A stretch of 64,000 nt of DNA, taken from an uncultured delta proteobacterium. GTDB taxonomy: Bacteria; Myxococcota_A; UBA9160; UBA4427. The stretch covers positions 704,001 to 768,000 of the forward strand of contig CAWGJT010000006.1 in assembly GCA_963822965.1 (NCBI GenBank). Reading direction: 5' to 3'. Within the stretch, counting starts at the first letter, position 1, and every line of letters starts with the position of its first letter. Made by a program: the position numbers and the translations under genes. A model generated the notes under the pieces. It did no database searches. It saw only the letters and a list, made by a program, of their open reading frames with translations, and had not been told where the DNA came from. Shown in pieces: positions 19,716 through 29,131 of the stretch.

Positions 19716-20304
19716 ATCGCTCCGCGGTCGTCGCCACGACGGCGTCGAGCCCTTCGCATTCACGCGGGCCCAGGTGGGCATGCTGGGCCTGATCGCGTCG
19801 GAGTCGACCTTCTTCCTCACATTCATGGTCACGTACCTCTTCTACGTCGGGCACAGCCTCACACCTCCCTATCCGAACCAGGTGCTCGAGCTGCCCTTGG
19901 CGGGCAGCGTGTGCCTGCTCTCGAGCAGCTGGACGATCGCCCGCTCGCTGCGCGGCCTGCGCGGCGGGCGGCCGCGCGACTTTCTCGGATGGTGGCTCCT
20001 CACCATCGGGCTCGGTACGGCGTTCCTCGCGAGCACGGCCCTCGAGTGGCATCGGCTCATCGTGCACGAGGGGCTGACCATCGCCACCAATCTGTTCGGT
20101 ACGAGCTTCTATTCGCTGGTGGGGCTCCACGCGGCGCACGTGGCGGTGGGTCTCGTGCTGCTGGCGACCGTGGGCGCACTGGCCGCCCGCGGCCACGTGC
20201 GGCCCGACCACCACGACCGCGTCGAGCTGCTGTCGTGGTACTGGCACTTCGTGGACGCCGTCTGGGTCGTCGTGCTGGCGACGGTGTACGGGATCGGTCG
20301 ATGA
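19708..20304 (+). CDS. coxC: Cytochrome c oxidase subunit III
   Basis: LIASE..FF, FYSLVGLHAAHV, WYWHFVDAVW. Confidence 0.93.
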   Translation: MSESLRGRRHDGVEPFAFTRAQVGMLGLIASESTFFLTFMVTYLFYVGHSLTPPYPNQVLELPLAGSVCLLSSSWTIARSLRGLRGGRPRDFLGWWLLTIGLGTAFLASTALEWHRLIVHEGLTIATNLFGTSFYSLVGLHAAHVAVGLVLLATVGALAARGHVRPDHHDRVELLSWYWHFVDAVWVVVLATVYGIGR

Positions 20305-21146
20305 GCGACACGATGCGCGACGATCGCGAGCCCCGGGTGGAGATGCCGGCGCCGACGGCCTGGCCCCTGGTCACGGCCTTCGGCGTGGCGCTGGCATTTG
20401 CCGGGCTGGTCACGAGCGCCGTCCTCGGCGTCGTCGGTCTCGCTCTGATGTTCGTGGGCGCCGTGGGCGGCGTGCGGGAGGTGCTGCCCGCCGAACGCCG
20501 CGAGACGATGGAAGTGGAGCCGCCGCCCCGGCTGCCGGCCGCGGCGCGCATGCCCCACCGGCCAGGCGAGTCGCGGCACCGCATGCGCATCCCAGGGCGG
20601 GTCCATCCGTACGCTGCGGGCCTTCGCGGTGGGGTCGCCGGTGGCGTTGCCATGGCGCTGGTGGCGGTGCTCTACGGGGTGGTCGACCAGGGAAGCCCAT
20701 GGCTGCCGATCAATCTGCTCGCTGCCGTGGCGGTGCCCTCGCTCGCGGGTACCGGCCTCGAAGGCCTCCGCGCGTTCCATGCCGCGGGCTTCGCTCTCGC
20801 GTGCCTCGTCCACGGGGTGGTCTCCGCGGGGGTGGGCCTCCTCTACGGGGTCCTCCTTCCGATGCTGCCCGGGCCGGTGACGCCGTGGGGCGTGGTGATC
20901 GCTCCGCTGCTCTGGTCGGGGGTGCTGCGCGCGACCCTCGACTTGATCAATCCGGCGCTCGCTGCCCGCATCGACTGGCCGTGGTTCGTCGCCTCCCAGG
21001 TCGCCTTCGGCCTGGTGGCGGGCGTGGTGGTAGCCCGTTCCCACAGCATCGCCGTGCTCCAGCGCCTGCCGCTGCGCGAGCGCGCCGGGCTCCGGCTGGG
21101 GAGTGGGACGGATGGCGGGTCGAACGGGTCGGGAGAGCACCGGTGA
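20301..21146 (+). CDS. Membrane protein in the oxidase operon (subunit IV-like N-terminus)
   Basis: MPAPTAWPLVTAFG; multiple TM segments; ATGA coupling to coxC. Confidence 0.75.
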   Translation: MSDTMRDDREPRVEMPAPTAWPLVTAFGVALAFAGLVTSAVLGVVGLALMFVGAVGGVREVLPAERRETMEVEPPPRLPAAARMPHRPGESRHRMRIPGRVHPYAAGLRGGVAGGVAMALVAVLYGVVDQGSPWLPINLLAAVAVPSLAGTGLEGLRAFHAAGFALACLVHGVVSAGVGLLYGVLLPMLPGPVTPWGVVIAPLLWSGVLRATLDLINPALAARIDWPWFVASQVAFGLVAGVVVARSHSIAVLQRLPLRERAGLRLGSGTDGGSNGSGEHR

Positions 21147-21895
21147 GGCGGAGGCTGGAGTGGGACCCGGAGCGACGAGGGCGCTGCGTATGCCTGGCGA
21201 TGTTGGCCCTCGGCGCCTCGCTCGCAATCGCGTGCGAGTGGCCGCCCGGCCGGCCGCGCCTCGCCGACCGCCCGGTTCCCGCGGCTCGGACCCGCGACTT
21301 CGCGACTCTCTACGGTCGGCACTGTGCCGGCTGCCACGGCGCCGACGGCACGCTCGGCGCTGCCCGTCCCCTCGCGGATTCCCTGTACCTGGCCTGGGCC
21401 GGCGATGCACACCTGAGACGAGCGATCGCCGAGGGCATTCCGGGAACGTTGATGCCCGGATTCGCGCGCGACGCCGGCGGAGCGCTCGGTGAGGATCAGA
21501 TCGAGGTGCTGGTGCGCGGTCTGCGCCAGCGCGCGACGACCGGGACGCCGTCCGGCCTCCCGCCCTACGAGCCGGCGTCACCGGGCGATCCGGCCCACGG
21601 ACAGCTCGTCTTCGCGGCGCGCTGCGCGAGCTGTCACGGTCCCGACGGAGCGGGTGGAGCGGTCACCGACCCGGCGTATCTCTCGATCGTCTCCGACCGG
21701 GCGCTGCGCGCCGCGATCGTGGCCGGGCGGATCGACCTCGGCATGCCGGACTATCGCGGCGGGTCGGACCCTGCGGCCGCGCCGCTGCGGGTTCGGGAGA
21801 TCGACGACCTGCTGGCCTGGCTGGCCGCCCAGCGTCCCACGCCGGCCGGACCGATCGGCCGAGCAGGCGAGCGGACGGAGGAGGCGCCACGATGA
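21143..21895 (+). CDS. Dihaem c-type cytochrome, probable lipoprotein
   Basis: LAIAC lipobox-like; CAGCH...MP and CASCH...MP. Confidence 0.85.
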   Translation: MRRRLEWDPERRGRCVCLAMLALGASLAIACEWPPGRPRLADRPVPAARTRDFATLYGRHCAGCHGADGTLGAARPLADSLYLAWAGDAHLRRAIAEGIPGTLMPGFARDAGGALGEDQIEVLVRGLRQRATTGTPSGLPPYEPASPGDPAHGQLVFAARCASCHGPDGAGGAVTDPAYLSIVSDRALRAAIVAGRIDLGMPDYRGGSDPAAAPLRVREIDDLLAWLAAQRPTPAGPIGRAGERTEEAPR

Positions 21896-22434
21896 GCAGC
21901 TCGGACGCGAGCGGGCGCGACGACGCGCGGGAGCCGGCGGCGGGGTACTCCCGGCGCGGTGTCCTCGTCGCCCTGGGTGCCGGCCTGGTCGCGATCGGCG
22001 CGACCTTGCTGGTCGTCCCGGTCCTCGGCCCTCTCCTCTCGAGCGCCGTGCGCTTCGCGGGGAAGCGGGCCTGGGCGTCGCTGGGGCCGGTCGACGCCTT
22101 TCCGCGGGGATCCACCCGGCTCGCCCACTACCGCAACCCCTTCACCGTCTCCTGGGACGGGGAGACCGCCACGATTCCCTGCTGGGTCCGACGCGGGCAG
22201 GGCGACGAGTTCCAGGTCTTCTCGGTGCACTGCACCCACCTCGGCTGTCCGGTGCGCTGGTTCGAGGGGTCGGGCCTGTTCCTGTGCCCGTGCCACGGCG
22301 GCGTCTTCTACGCCGACGGGCGACGCGCGGCCGGTCCGCCGCCGCGCGATCTCTACCGCTACCCGCACCGCATCCGCGACGGGCACCTCCAGGTGCGCGG
22401 CGGGGAGCTGCCGTCCCTCGCGGAGCCGCTGTGA
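21892..22434 (+). CDS. Rieske iron-sulfur protein
   Basis: Tat-like SRRGVL; CTHLGC and CPCHGG. Confidence 0.92.
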   Translation: MSSSDASGRDDAREPAAGYSRRGVLVALGAGLVAIGATLLVVPVLGPLLSSAVRFAGKRAWASLGPVDAFPRGSTRLAHYRNPFTVSWDGETATIPCWVRRGQGDEFQVFSVHCTHLGCPVRWFEGSGLFLCPCHGGVFYADGRRAAGPPPRDLYRYPHRIRDGHLQVRGGELPSLAEPL

Positions 22435-23915
22435 GAGCGCGACTCGCGGCCGTCGCGCGCTGGCTCGATGCGCGCCTCGGCGTCGGCTCGCCGATCGCCG
22501 AGCTGGCGCACCATCCGATTCCAGCCGGCTCGGCGAGCTGGTTCTACGTCCTGGGCTCGGCGACGCTCGCCTGCTTCGGCGTGCTGGTCGCGAGCGGAAT
22601 CGCACTGAGCCTCTTCTACGTGCCGTCGGCACGGGATGCGTGGTCGAGCCTCGACCATCTCACGTACGTCGTTCCCCTGGGTTGGCTGCTGCGCGCGGTC
22701 CACTACTGGGCGTCGAACTTCATGGTGGCGCTCCTGCTCCTGCACGCCGTACAGGTATTCCTCTTCGGAGCCTACAAGTACCCCCGCGAGCTGACCTGGG
22801 TGGTGGGTGTGGGGCTGCTGCTCGCGACGCTCGCGAACGCCTTCACGGGGCAGGTGCTGCGCTTCGACCAGGACGCCTACTGGGGGATCGGGATCGGGGC
22901 GGCCATCGCGGGTCGCACTCCCGGGATCGGCGCCGAGGTCGTCCACCTGCTCCTGGGCGGGCCGATCGTAGGCGGGCGAACACTGTCGCGCTTCTTCACC
23001 CTCCACACCTTCGTGGTGCCCGGCGCGATCGCCACGCTCGTGCTCCTCCACCTGCGTCTGGTGCTGCGCCTCGGCGTGAGCGAGCCGCCGGTGGCCGGGC
23101 AACCGGTCGATCCCCGGAACGAGCGCGCGCGCTATGCGTCGCTGATCGAGCGACACGGCATCCCCTTCTTTCCCCGCGCCGCCTGGCGAGACCTGGTCTT
23201 CACGGGCTGCGTGCTGCTGGGCATCGTCGCCTTCGCCCTGATCTTCGGGCCCAAGGGGCCCGGGGAAGCGCCCGACCCCACACAGATCCACACGACGCCG
23301 CGTCCCGACTTCTACTTCCTGTGGCTCTTCGCCCTGCTGGCGCTGCTGCCGCCCCGGGTCGAAACCCCGCTGCTGCTGGTGGCACCAGTGCTGGTGGTGG
23401 GGCTGCTCGTGGCCGTGCCGTTCGTGGCCGGCCGCGGAGAGCGCCATCCCCGGCGGCGACCGGTGGCCGTGCTGGGCACGATCGTCCTCTTCACCGCTCT
23501 CGGCGTGCTGACGCGCATGGGCGAGACGTCGCCCTGGTCGCCCGTGATGGATGCCTGGAGCGCCCTGCCCACGCCCCCTGGCTACGTCCGCGGCCGTACG
23601 CCCCTCGAGCTCCAGGGTGCCCTGCTGGTGCAGCAGAAGCAGTGTCGCAACTGCCACGCGCTGGGTGGGACGGGTGGCCGGCGCGGTCCTGCCCTCGACG
23701 GCGTCGCCGATCGGCTCACGCACGACGAGCTGGTGCGCCAGGTGCTCCAGGGCGGCGGGAACATGCCGGCGTACGGCAAGCGGCTCGACCCGGCCGAGGT
23801 GGACGCGCTGGTGGCGTTCCTGCAGACGCTCGGATCGCCCGAGGATCGGGCGCGGGGTGCGGACACGAGCGATCGCGGCGCGACACCCGGAGCCTCCGGT
23901 GCCCCTCGCGGTTGA
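22431..23915 (+). CDS. Cytochrome b (b6 + subunit IV-like) fused to cytochrome c
   Basis: GWLLRAVHYW, AYKYPRELTW, TLSRFFTLH, PDFYF (PEWY-equivalent), C-terminal CRNCH...MP; GTG 22431 overlaps the Rieske stop. Confidence 0.9.
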   Translation: MRARLAAVARWLDARLGVGSPIAELAHHPIPAGSASWFYVLGSATLACFGVLVASGIALSLFYVPSARDAWSSLDHLTYVVPLGWLLRAVHYWASNFMVALLLLHAVQVFLFGAYKYPRELTWVVGVGLLLATLANAFTGQVLRFDQDAYWGIGIGAAIAGRTPGIGAEVVHLLLGGPIVGGRTLSRFFTLHTFVVPGAIATLVLLHLRLVLRLGVSEPPVAGQPVDPRNERARYASLIERHGIPFFPRAAWRDLVFTGCVLLGIVAFALIFGPKGPGEAPDPTQIHTTPRPDFYFLWLFALLALLPPRVETPLLLVAPVLVVGLLVAVPFVAGRGERHPRRRPVAVLGTIVLFTALGVLTRMGETSPWSPVMDAWSALPTPPGYVRGRTPLELQGALLVQQKQCRNCHALGGTGGRRGPALDGVADRLTHDELVRQVLQGGGNMPAYGKRLDPAEVDALVAFLQTLGSPEDRARGADTSDRGATPGASGAPRG

Positions 23916-24786
23916 GCCCCAGCTCTCCCACCTGGGACCGGAGTCCTGGCTGGTGCTCGGGGCCGTTCTCGCGCTCGCGCTCCATGCGAGGGGCTGGAGA
24001 GTGCTCCACCGCCTCCGGCCGGAGCGCTACCCGGTGTGGCGGCTCGTGTCCTTCTGCGCCGGCGTCGCGACGGTGTTGATCGCGCTGCTCTCGCCGCTCG
24101 ATGCCCTCGCCGACCGGCTGCTCTCGGCCCACATGGCCCAGCACCTGCTGCTGATGATGATCGCGCCACCGCTCGTCTGGCTCGGTGATCCCCTGGCGCC
24201 GGCTCTGTGCGGCCTGCCCGAGCGCCTGTGCCGCCGGGTCATCGCCCCGCTTCTCGCGCGGTCGTCCCTGCGCGCTCTCGGCCGCGGGCTCACGCGACCG
24301 GCCGTCTGCTGGATCGGCTTCGTCGTCGTGACGGTGCTCTGGCACCTGCCGGTGCTCTACCAGGCGGCGCTGCGCTCCGAGCCCCTCCACGACTTCGAGC
24401 ATGTCTGCTTCCTGACCGCCGGGCTGCTCTTCTGGTGGCCGGTGCTGACGCCCTGGCCCGCGCTTCCGCGGCCCTGGGTCGCGCTGCCCTACCTGGTGCT
24501 CGCCGCTCTCGAGAACACGCTGTTCTCGGCGGTCTTCACCTTCTCGGACCACCTGCTGTACCCGATCTACGCCGGCCGCGCCCCGGCCTTCGGGCTGACT
24601 CCCCTGGCCGACCAGGCGCTGGCGGGAGCCGTGATGTGGGTGCCCGGGTCCCTGGCCATGCTGATCCCGGTGGTCGTGCGGGTGGCACGCCTGCTCGACC
24701 CGCAGCCTCCTCTCGGCGTGCGCCGCGCCTCCACGGCGATCCGGCCGCAGAAGCTGCAGAGATCGTGGCCGTCCGGCGATGGATGA
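23899..24786 (+). CDS. CtaG-like (Caa3_CtaG) cytochrome c oxidase assembly protein
   Basis: SPLD...LLSAHMAQHLLLMMIAPPL, WHLP, HDFEH, FWWP, DQALAGAVMWVPG. Confidence 0.85.
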   Translation: MPLAVEPQLSHLGPESWLVLGAVLALALHARGWRVLHRLRPERYPVWRLVSFCAGVATVLIALLSPLDALADRLLSAHMAQHLLLMMIAPPLVWLGDPLAPALCGLPERLCRRVIAPLLARSSLRALGRGLTRPAVCWIGFVVVTVLWHLPVLYQAALRSEPLHDFEHVCFLTAGLLFWWPVLTPWPALPRPWVALPYLVLAALENTLFSAVFTFSDHLLYPIYAGRAPAFGLTPLADQALAGAVMWVPGSLAMLIPVVVRVARLLDPQPPLGVRRASTAIRPQKLQRSWPSGDG

Positions 24787-24989
24787 GCGAGCCGGTCGGG
24801 ATCTCGCCTGCGTCGTGGGCTCGCGCGATCCCGGATCACTTCCTGGAAGCGGTCCGCGAAGCCCCGGTGGTGTGACGACCGGAGTCGTCGAACAGCTCGT
24901 CTCTCCCGTCGCGTTCGGCGATGGCCAGGCCGATCTCGCGCAGCTCGTCCCAGATGCCGCCGGGCACGGTGTAGCGGTCGCGATTCTCG

Positions 24990-25490
24990 ATCGCGTCGAG
25001 GTGGTCGGCGACGTCCTCGGGCTGCACGAAACACTCGATTTCCTCCAACGCGGTGACAACGTCCTGCTGCGCGGCCAGACCGGCGTCGGCAAGACAACAC
25101 TCGCGCAAAACCTCGGCCTGCGCTCGCTCGCTCTCGGTCGTTCCGTACGCTTCTGCACCTTGCCCGCCGCACTGGCCGACCTCATGCGACAGGAGTCGCT
25201 GCCCGCAACCGAGCGACGCCTCAAGCGTTACGCCCAGCCAGACCTTCTCACTCTCGACGAGCTCGGATACGTCCCCTGCGACGTCCGCGCTGCTGACCTG
25301 CTCTTCCACATCATCAGCCGAAGGCACGAACACCGATCCGTCATCATCACCACCAATCTCGCTTCAAGCACTGGCCCACCGTCTTCGGCGATGCCCCCTG
25401 CCTCAGCGCGCTCGTCGACCGCTTCGCTCAACACTGCCACGTCATCGACGTCGACGCCGACTCCTGGCGCGACAAGCAGAGACAACAGCG
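24990..25490 (+). pseudogene. istB: IS21-family IstB ATPase remnant
   Basis: LDFLQRGDNVLLRGQTGVGKT, LTLDELGY, LFHIISRRHEHRSVIITTNL, frameshift, then WPTVF...LVDRF...; no istA. Confidence 0.8.
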
Positions 25491-25574
25491 CCAGCGACGA
25501 CAAACCGAAAAGACACGAAGCCCTAAGCTATGAGCTCATCCCACCGGGATTTGCGCCCGATTCCCGTGGATCCC

Positions 25575-25685
25575 GGTGGCCGACAACACGAGATTGCGGT
25601 CGGCCTTCTCGAGCAGCTCGAAGGCCAGACCCAGCTCGGCCTCGGTGACCTTCTGGCGGAAGTAGTAGTCGAGACGGTCTGCCAT
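25575..25685 (-). pseudogene. N-terminal fragment of a prophage tail-associated protein
   Basis: [32 protein letters not shown]; recalled as the gene following the tail protein in myxobacterial prophages (not verified by search). Confidence 0.5.
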
Positions 25686-25828
25686 GCGCTGCCCTCGGGA
25701 GAAGGGTCTCCACAGGGGCAAAGCGCCGGAGGGGCCGGACGGGGACAGGGCCCTTCCCTGCGTCCGCTGGGCGACGCTCGGGTTACGACAGGTTCCAATC
25801 CTCAACCCAAACTGGGATGATGGGAGCG

Positions 25829-26449
25829 ATGAACGCCAACCTGCTTGTGCTACTTGGCGTGGCCACGACTGTTTCTTTTGCCGCGGTGGTCGTCGTCGAA
25901 GGGGCCCGTCGCCCTGGGTACAGCCCGCTCTATCACACGGGGAGCGAGCTGGAACTCGGCCCGGGAGGTTGGATCCAGCGCGGCAACTTCGTGCTCATGG
26001 CTGCCGGGATGTTCGCCTATGCCATCGGCCTCTACCGAGCGCTCGATACGTTGATAGGCGCGATTCTCCTGAGCGCCTTCGGGCTCGGTTGCCTCATCGC
26101 CGGCGCATTCCCGCCGGATCCGGTGCGCGGCTATCCGCCTGGCGCTCCGCGTCAAGCCCCGGCCGAGGGGCTGAGCTGGCGAGCCAAGGTGCACGACATT
26201 GCCGGCCCGTTGATGTTCCTAGCGTTGTTCGGCGCAGCCCTGGCAATTGCCGCACGCCTATCTGGCCTATGGCGCGCCTACAGCGTCGTGACTGCGGTGG
26301 TCGGCTTTGGGATGATGGCATGGACCGCGCTTGCTTACCGAAGAGACGCGGCCAATACCGGCCTGGTGCAGCGAGGCCTGATCGCCGTGTACTGGGTCTG
26401 GATCGTTGCCCTCGGAATCCGCCTGGCAACCATCTCACAAACGATTTGA
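25829..26449 (+). CDS. DUF998-family membrane protein
   Basis: [43 protein letters not shown]. Confidence 0.8.
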   Translation: MNANLLVLLGVATTVSFAAVVVVEGARRPGYSPLYHTGSELELGPGGWIQRGNFVLMAAGMFAYAIGLYRALDTLIGAILLSAFGLGCLIAGAFPPDPVRGYPPGAPRQAPAEGLSWRAKVHDIAGPLMFLALFGAALAIAARLSGLWRAYSVVTAVVGFGMMAWTALAYRRDAANTGLVQRGLIAVYWVWIVALGIRLATISQTI

Positions 26450-26459
26450 GGTTCGGCCG

Positions 26460-26839
26460 TCAGTGCAGCTCGGTGGTCACGCCCAGCTCGCTGGAGCCCA
26501 GCTCCCAGTGGTCGATGAAGGCAGGCGGCGATGGCTCGACGAGGTCGACGAAGTGCGTGTGGGCCGGCTTGAGGTAGTCGACGATGGCGCGGATCTGGCT
26601 CCGCTCGGTGACGCTGAGGGGAATGTCGACGTCGAAGGCGTAGCGGGCGAACTGGTCCGAGGGGCCCAGCTCCCAGTCGACGCCCAGCTCGGACTCGCCG
26701 AGCACCATGGTGGTCCCGTTGAATGGCGTGATGGCGGTGGTGTCGATGCCGAGGAAGAAACGGATGGCGTTCTCGATGCCGACGGCCGTGCCTTTCTGTC
26801 GGTACATCTCCACCAGCACGGAGGCCAGGCGCCGCTTGT
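26460..26839 (-). pseudogene. Phage tail protein I-like C-terminal fragment, cut by repeat copy 2
   Basis: [30 protein letters not shown]...[10 protein letters not shown]; homology begins at the repeat edge (26839/26840). Confidence 0.75.
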
Positions 26840-26923
26840 GAGCATAGGGCGGATGAGCCGGGTTTCCGCCTCAGGTCCGGGTAGGGACGTTATGTCAATC
26901 CCCCAGAGGGGCCCGGCGGCGGG
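26840..26923 (+). repeat. dif/Xer-like dispersed element, copy 2 (full, 84 bp); core 26873-26900
   Basis: GAGCATAGGGCGGATGAGCCGGGTTTCCGCCTC-AGGTCCGGGTA-GGGACG-TTATGTCAATC-CCCCAGAGGGGCCCGGCGGCGGG. Confidence 0.95.
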
Positions 26924-27536
26924 CGTCTCGGCATGTCGCCACGACGAGCACTCGCGAGGACGGCAGCTCGTGCGCCAGGAACTCGAGCAGCCGCAGCGAC
27001 GAGTCGTCCGCCCAGTGCAGGTCGTCGAGCACCAGCACGACGGTGCGCTCGCGCGACATCGCCACGAAGGAGCTCGTCACCGCGTCGAAGAACCGGAAGC
27101 GCTGCTGCTCGGGCTCGATCTCCCGCCGGTGGCGCGCGGCGTCCGCATCGACCGCACCGCTCGCTTCGAGGCGCTGTGCGATCTCGGGGACCACCGCGGC
27201 GACGTCGTCCGCGCCGGCGCCCAGCACGTCCGCGAGCGTGGCCGGCGGAACCTCGGCGGCATAGGAGCGGAGGATCTGGACCCACGGCCAGTAGGCCGGC
27301 TCCTGGTCTCCCTCGAGAGAGCGCCCGAAGAGCACCAGCGCGCCGGCCTCGCGCGCTTCCGCCGAGAGCTCCTCGGCGAGGCGCGTCTTGCCGATGCCCG
27401 GCTCACCGAGCAGGACCAGGAGCTGCGGGCGCCCGGCTTGCGCGCGTTCGAGCGCAGTTCGCGCGCGGACCATCTCGTCGTCGCGGCCGAGCAGCGGATC
27501 CCGAGCCGTGCTCCCGGGGGGATCGGCCGGCGACAT
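26924..27536 (-). pseudogene. AAA_16/STAND-type ATPase N-terminal fragment, cut by repeat copy 2
   Basis: LLGRDDE, GEPGIGKTRL, PAYWPW, VLVLDDLHWAD, LVVATCRD then runs into the repeat. Confidence 0.8.
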
Positions 27537-27605
27537 CCGCGCGGGCGCGCTACCTAATCGCGCTCGCGTAACGCCCGGAGCCATCATGAAGAGCCAGAAG
27601 CCCGG

Positions 27606-29027
27606 TCAGCAGATCCTGACCGTCAAGAACCTGAAGCGGAAGTTCGGCCTCAGCCAGCCCGCCTTCGACCTCGACGACCTGCTCGAGACGGTCGGCTCGA
27701 TCGTCGGAAGGCCCAAGGAGCCGGCCGGGATCGTCCAGCGCAAGATCCTCGAGCACGGGTGGGCCGGGCCTCGCAAGTCCCGACCCGGCTGCAGCGCCTG
27801 GCTGGCGCGCCATGCGCGCCCCTCCCACCAGCAGCTGAAGGTCGTGATCGCGTAGAGCAGCTTGCCGCGATCGGCGTGGCCCTGGCGGTGATCTTCGAAC
27901 AGCCGATCCACGGCCTTCGGATCGAGCCAGCCCTGCTCTGCGATCCCGCTGTCGTGCCAGGCCTCGAGCGCGAAGCCGGCGAAGTCGCCCAGGAACCAGT
28001 CGGCGACCGGTATCTGGAATCCCTGCTTGCGTCGCTCCAGATGCCCGTCGGGGAGCCAGGGCCGGGTGGCCTCGCGCAGCACGTGCTTGCCGCGCCCCTT
28101 CGCCTTCATGCCCACCGGCACCGTGAGGCTCCAGTCGACGAAGCAATGCGAGAGGAAAGGCACCCGGGCCTCCAACGAGTGGGCCATGCTCGTGCGATCG
28201 AGTCGTGGCAGGAGGGCGCTGGGCATGTGGACCGTCAGGTCGCCGAGCATGAACTGCTCGAGCATGCTGGCGTTGCTCCACGCGGGGTCGCCGAAGTACT
28301 CGGCCTCGAGCGCCTCGATGGAGCGCCGGTTGCGACTCGAGAAGTCCTGGCAGAAGAGGCGGTCCTGGAGGCCGTTCGAGCCGAGCTGCGTTCCCGCGAT
28401 GAAGCGCTGGAAGCCCGACGCCAGGCGCGCCGAGTCGCGGATCGGATCGATCCGCTGCCGCACGCGGTTCCATCGCCGCGAGGACGTCACCGGTACCCGA
28501 CTGGCGAGCGACGCGACCGGACCCACCGCCCGGATCAGCGGCCTCCACCGGGCCATCCGCCGGGCGTTGTGCTGTCTCTTGTAGCCCGCGAAGATCTCGT
28601 CGCCGCCTTCGCCGCAGAGAACGACCTTCACGTGCTCGGCCGCGAGCTTCGAGGCGTACCAGCACGGAACCACCGCGGTCGTCCCGAGCGGCTGGCCGAG
28701 CCCGCGCTGGATCTCCGGGACCACGTCCCGGGCGCGCCCCAGCTCGACGGGCAGCACGACGTGGTCGCATCCGACGTGCCGAGCGACCGCCCGGGCCGGC
28801 TCCGTCTCGTCGATCGGGCTTCCGGGGAATCCGACCGTGAAGGCGGTGATGCGCCGGTTGGTCTGCCGCGTCATCGCCGCCGTGATCGCCGAGGAGTCCA
28901 CACCTCCGGACAGGAACGAGCCGACGGGCACGTCCGAGAGCAGGTGGCTGCGAACCGTGTCCAGCACCCGCGCTCGCGTCTTCTCGATCCAGTCGGCCTC
29001 CGAGACTGCATGGGGGGCTCCCTTCAC
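27606..29027 (-). pseudogene. Asparagine synthase-family synthetase domain lacking the N-terminal glutaminase domain
   Basis: SDVPVGSFLSGGVDSS, KVVLCGEGGDEIFAGY, LDRTSMAHSLEARVPFL, RRKQGF; no MCGI N-terminus; C-terminal ~60 aa appear to be read-through. Confidence 0.8.
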
Positions 29028-29131
29028 GAGTTCGATCCTTCATCGGGACGACGCGAAGGGAGCTTGACGGGGCGGCCCTGTGATCCGGCGCACGCCGAGG
29101 GTCGGATCGCTGCTCGCCTCGAAGTGATCCG

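Noticed and set aside
27550..27790. Coding-like plus-strand stretch (MKSQKPGQQILTVKNLKRKF...)
   Set aside because: Probably another gene fragment, but no recognisable motif to support a call
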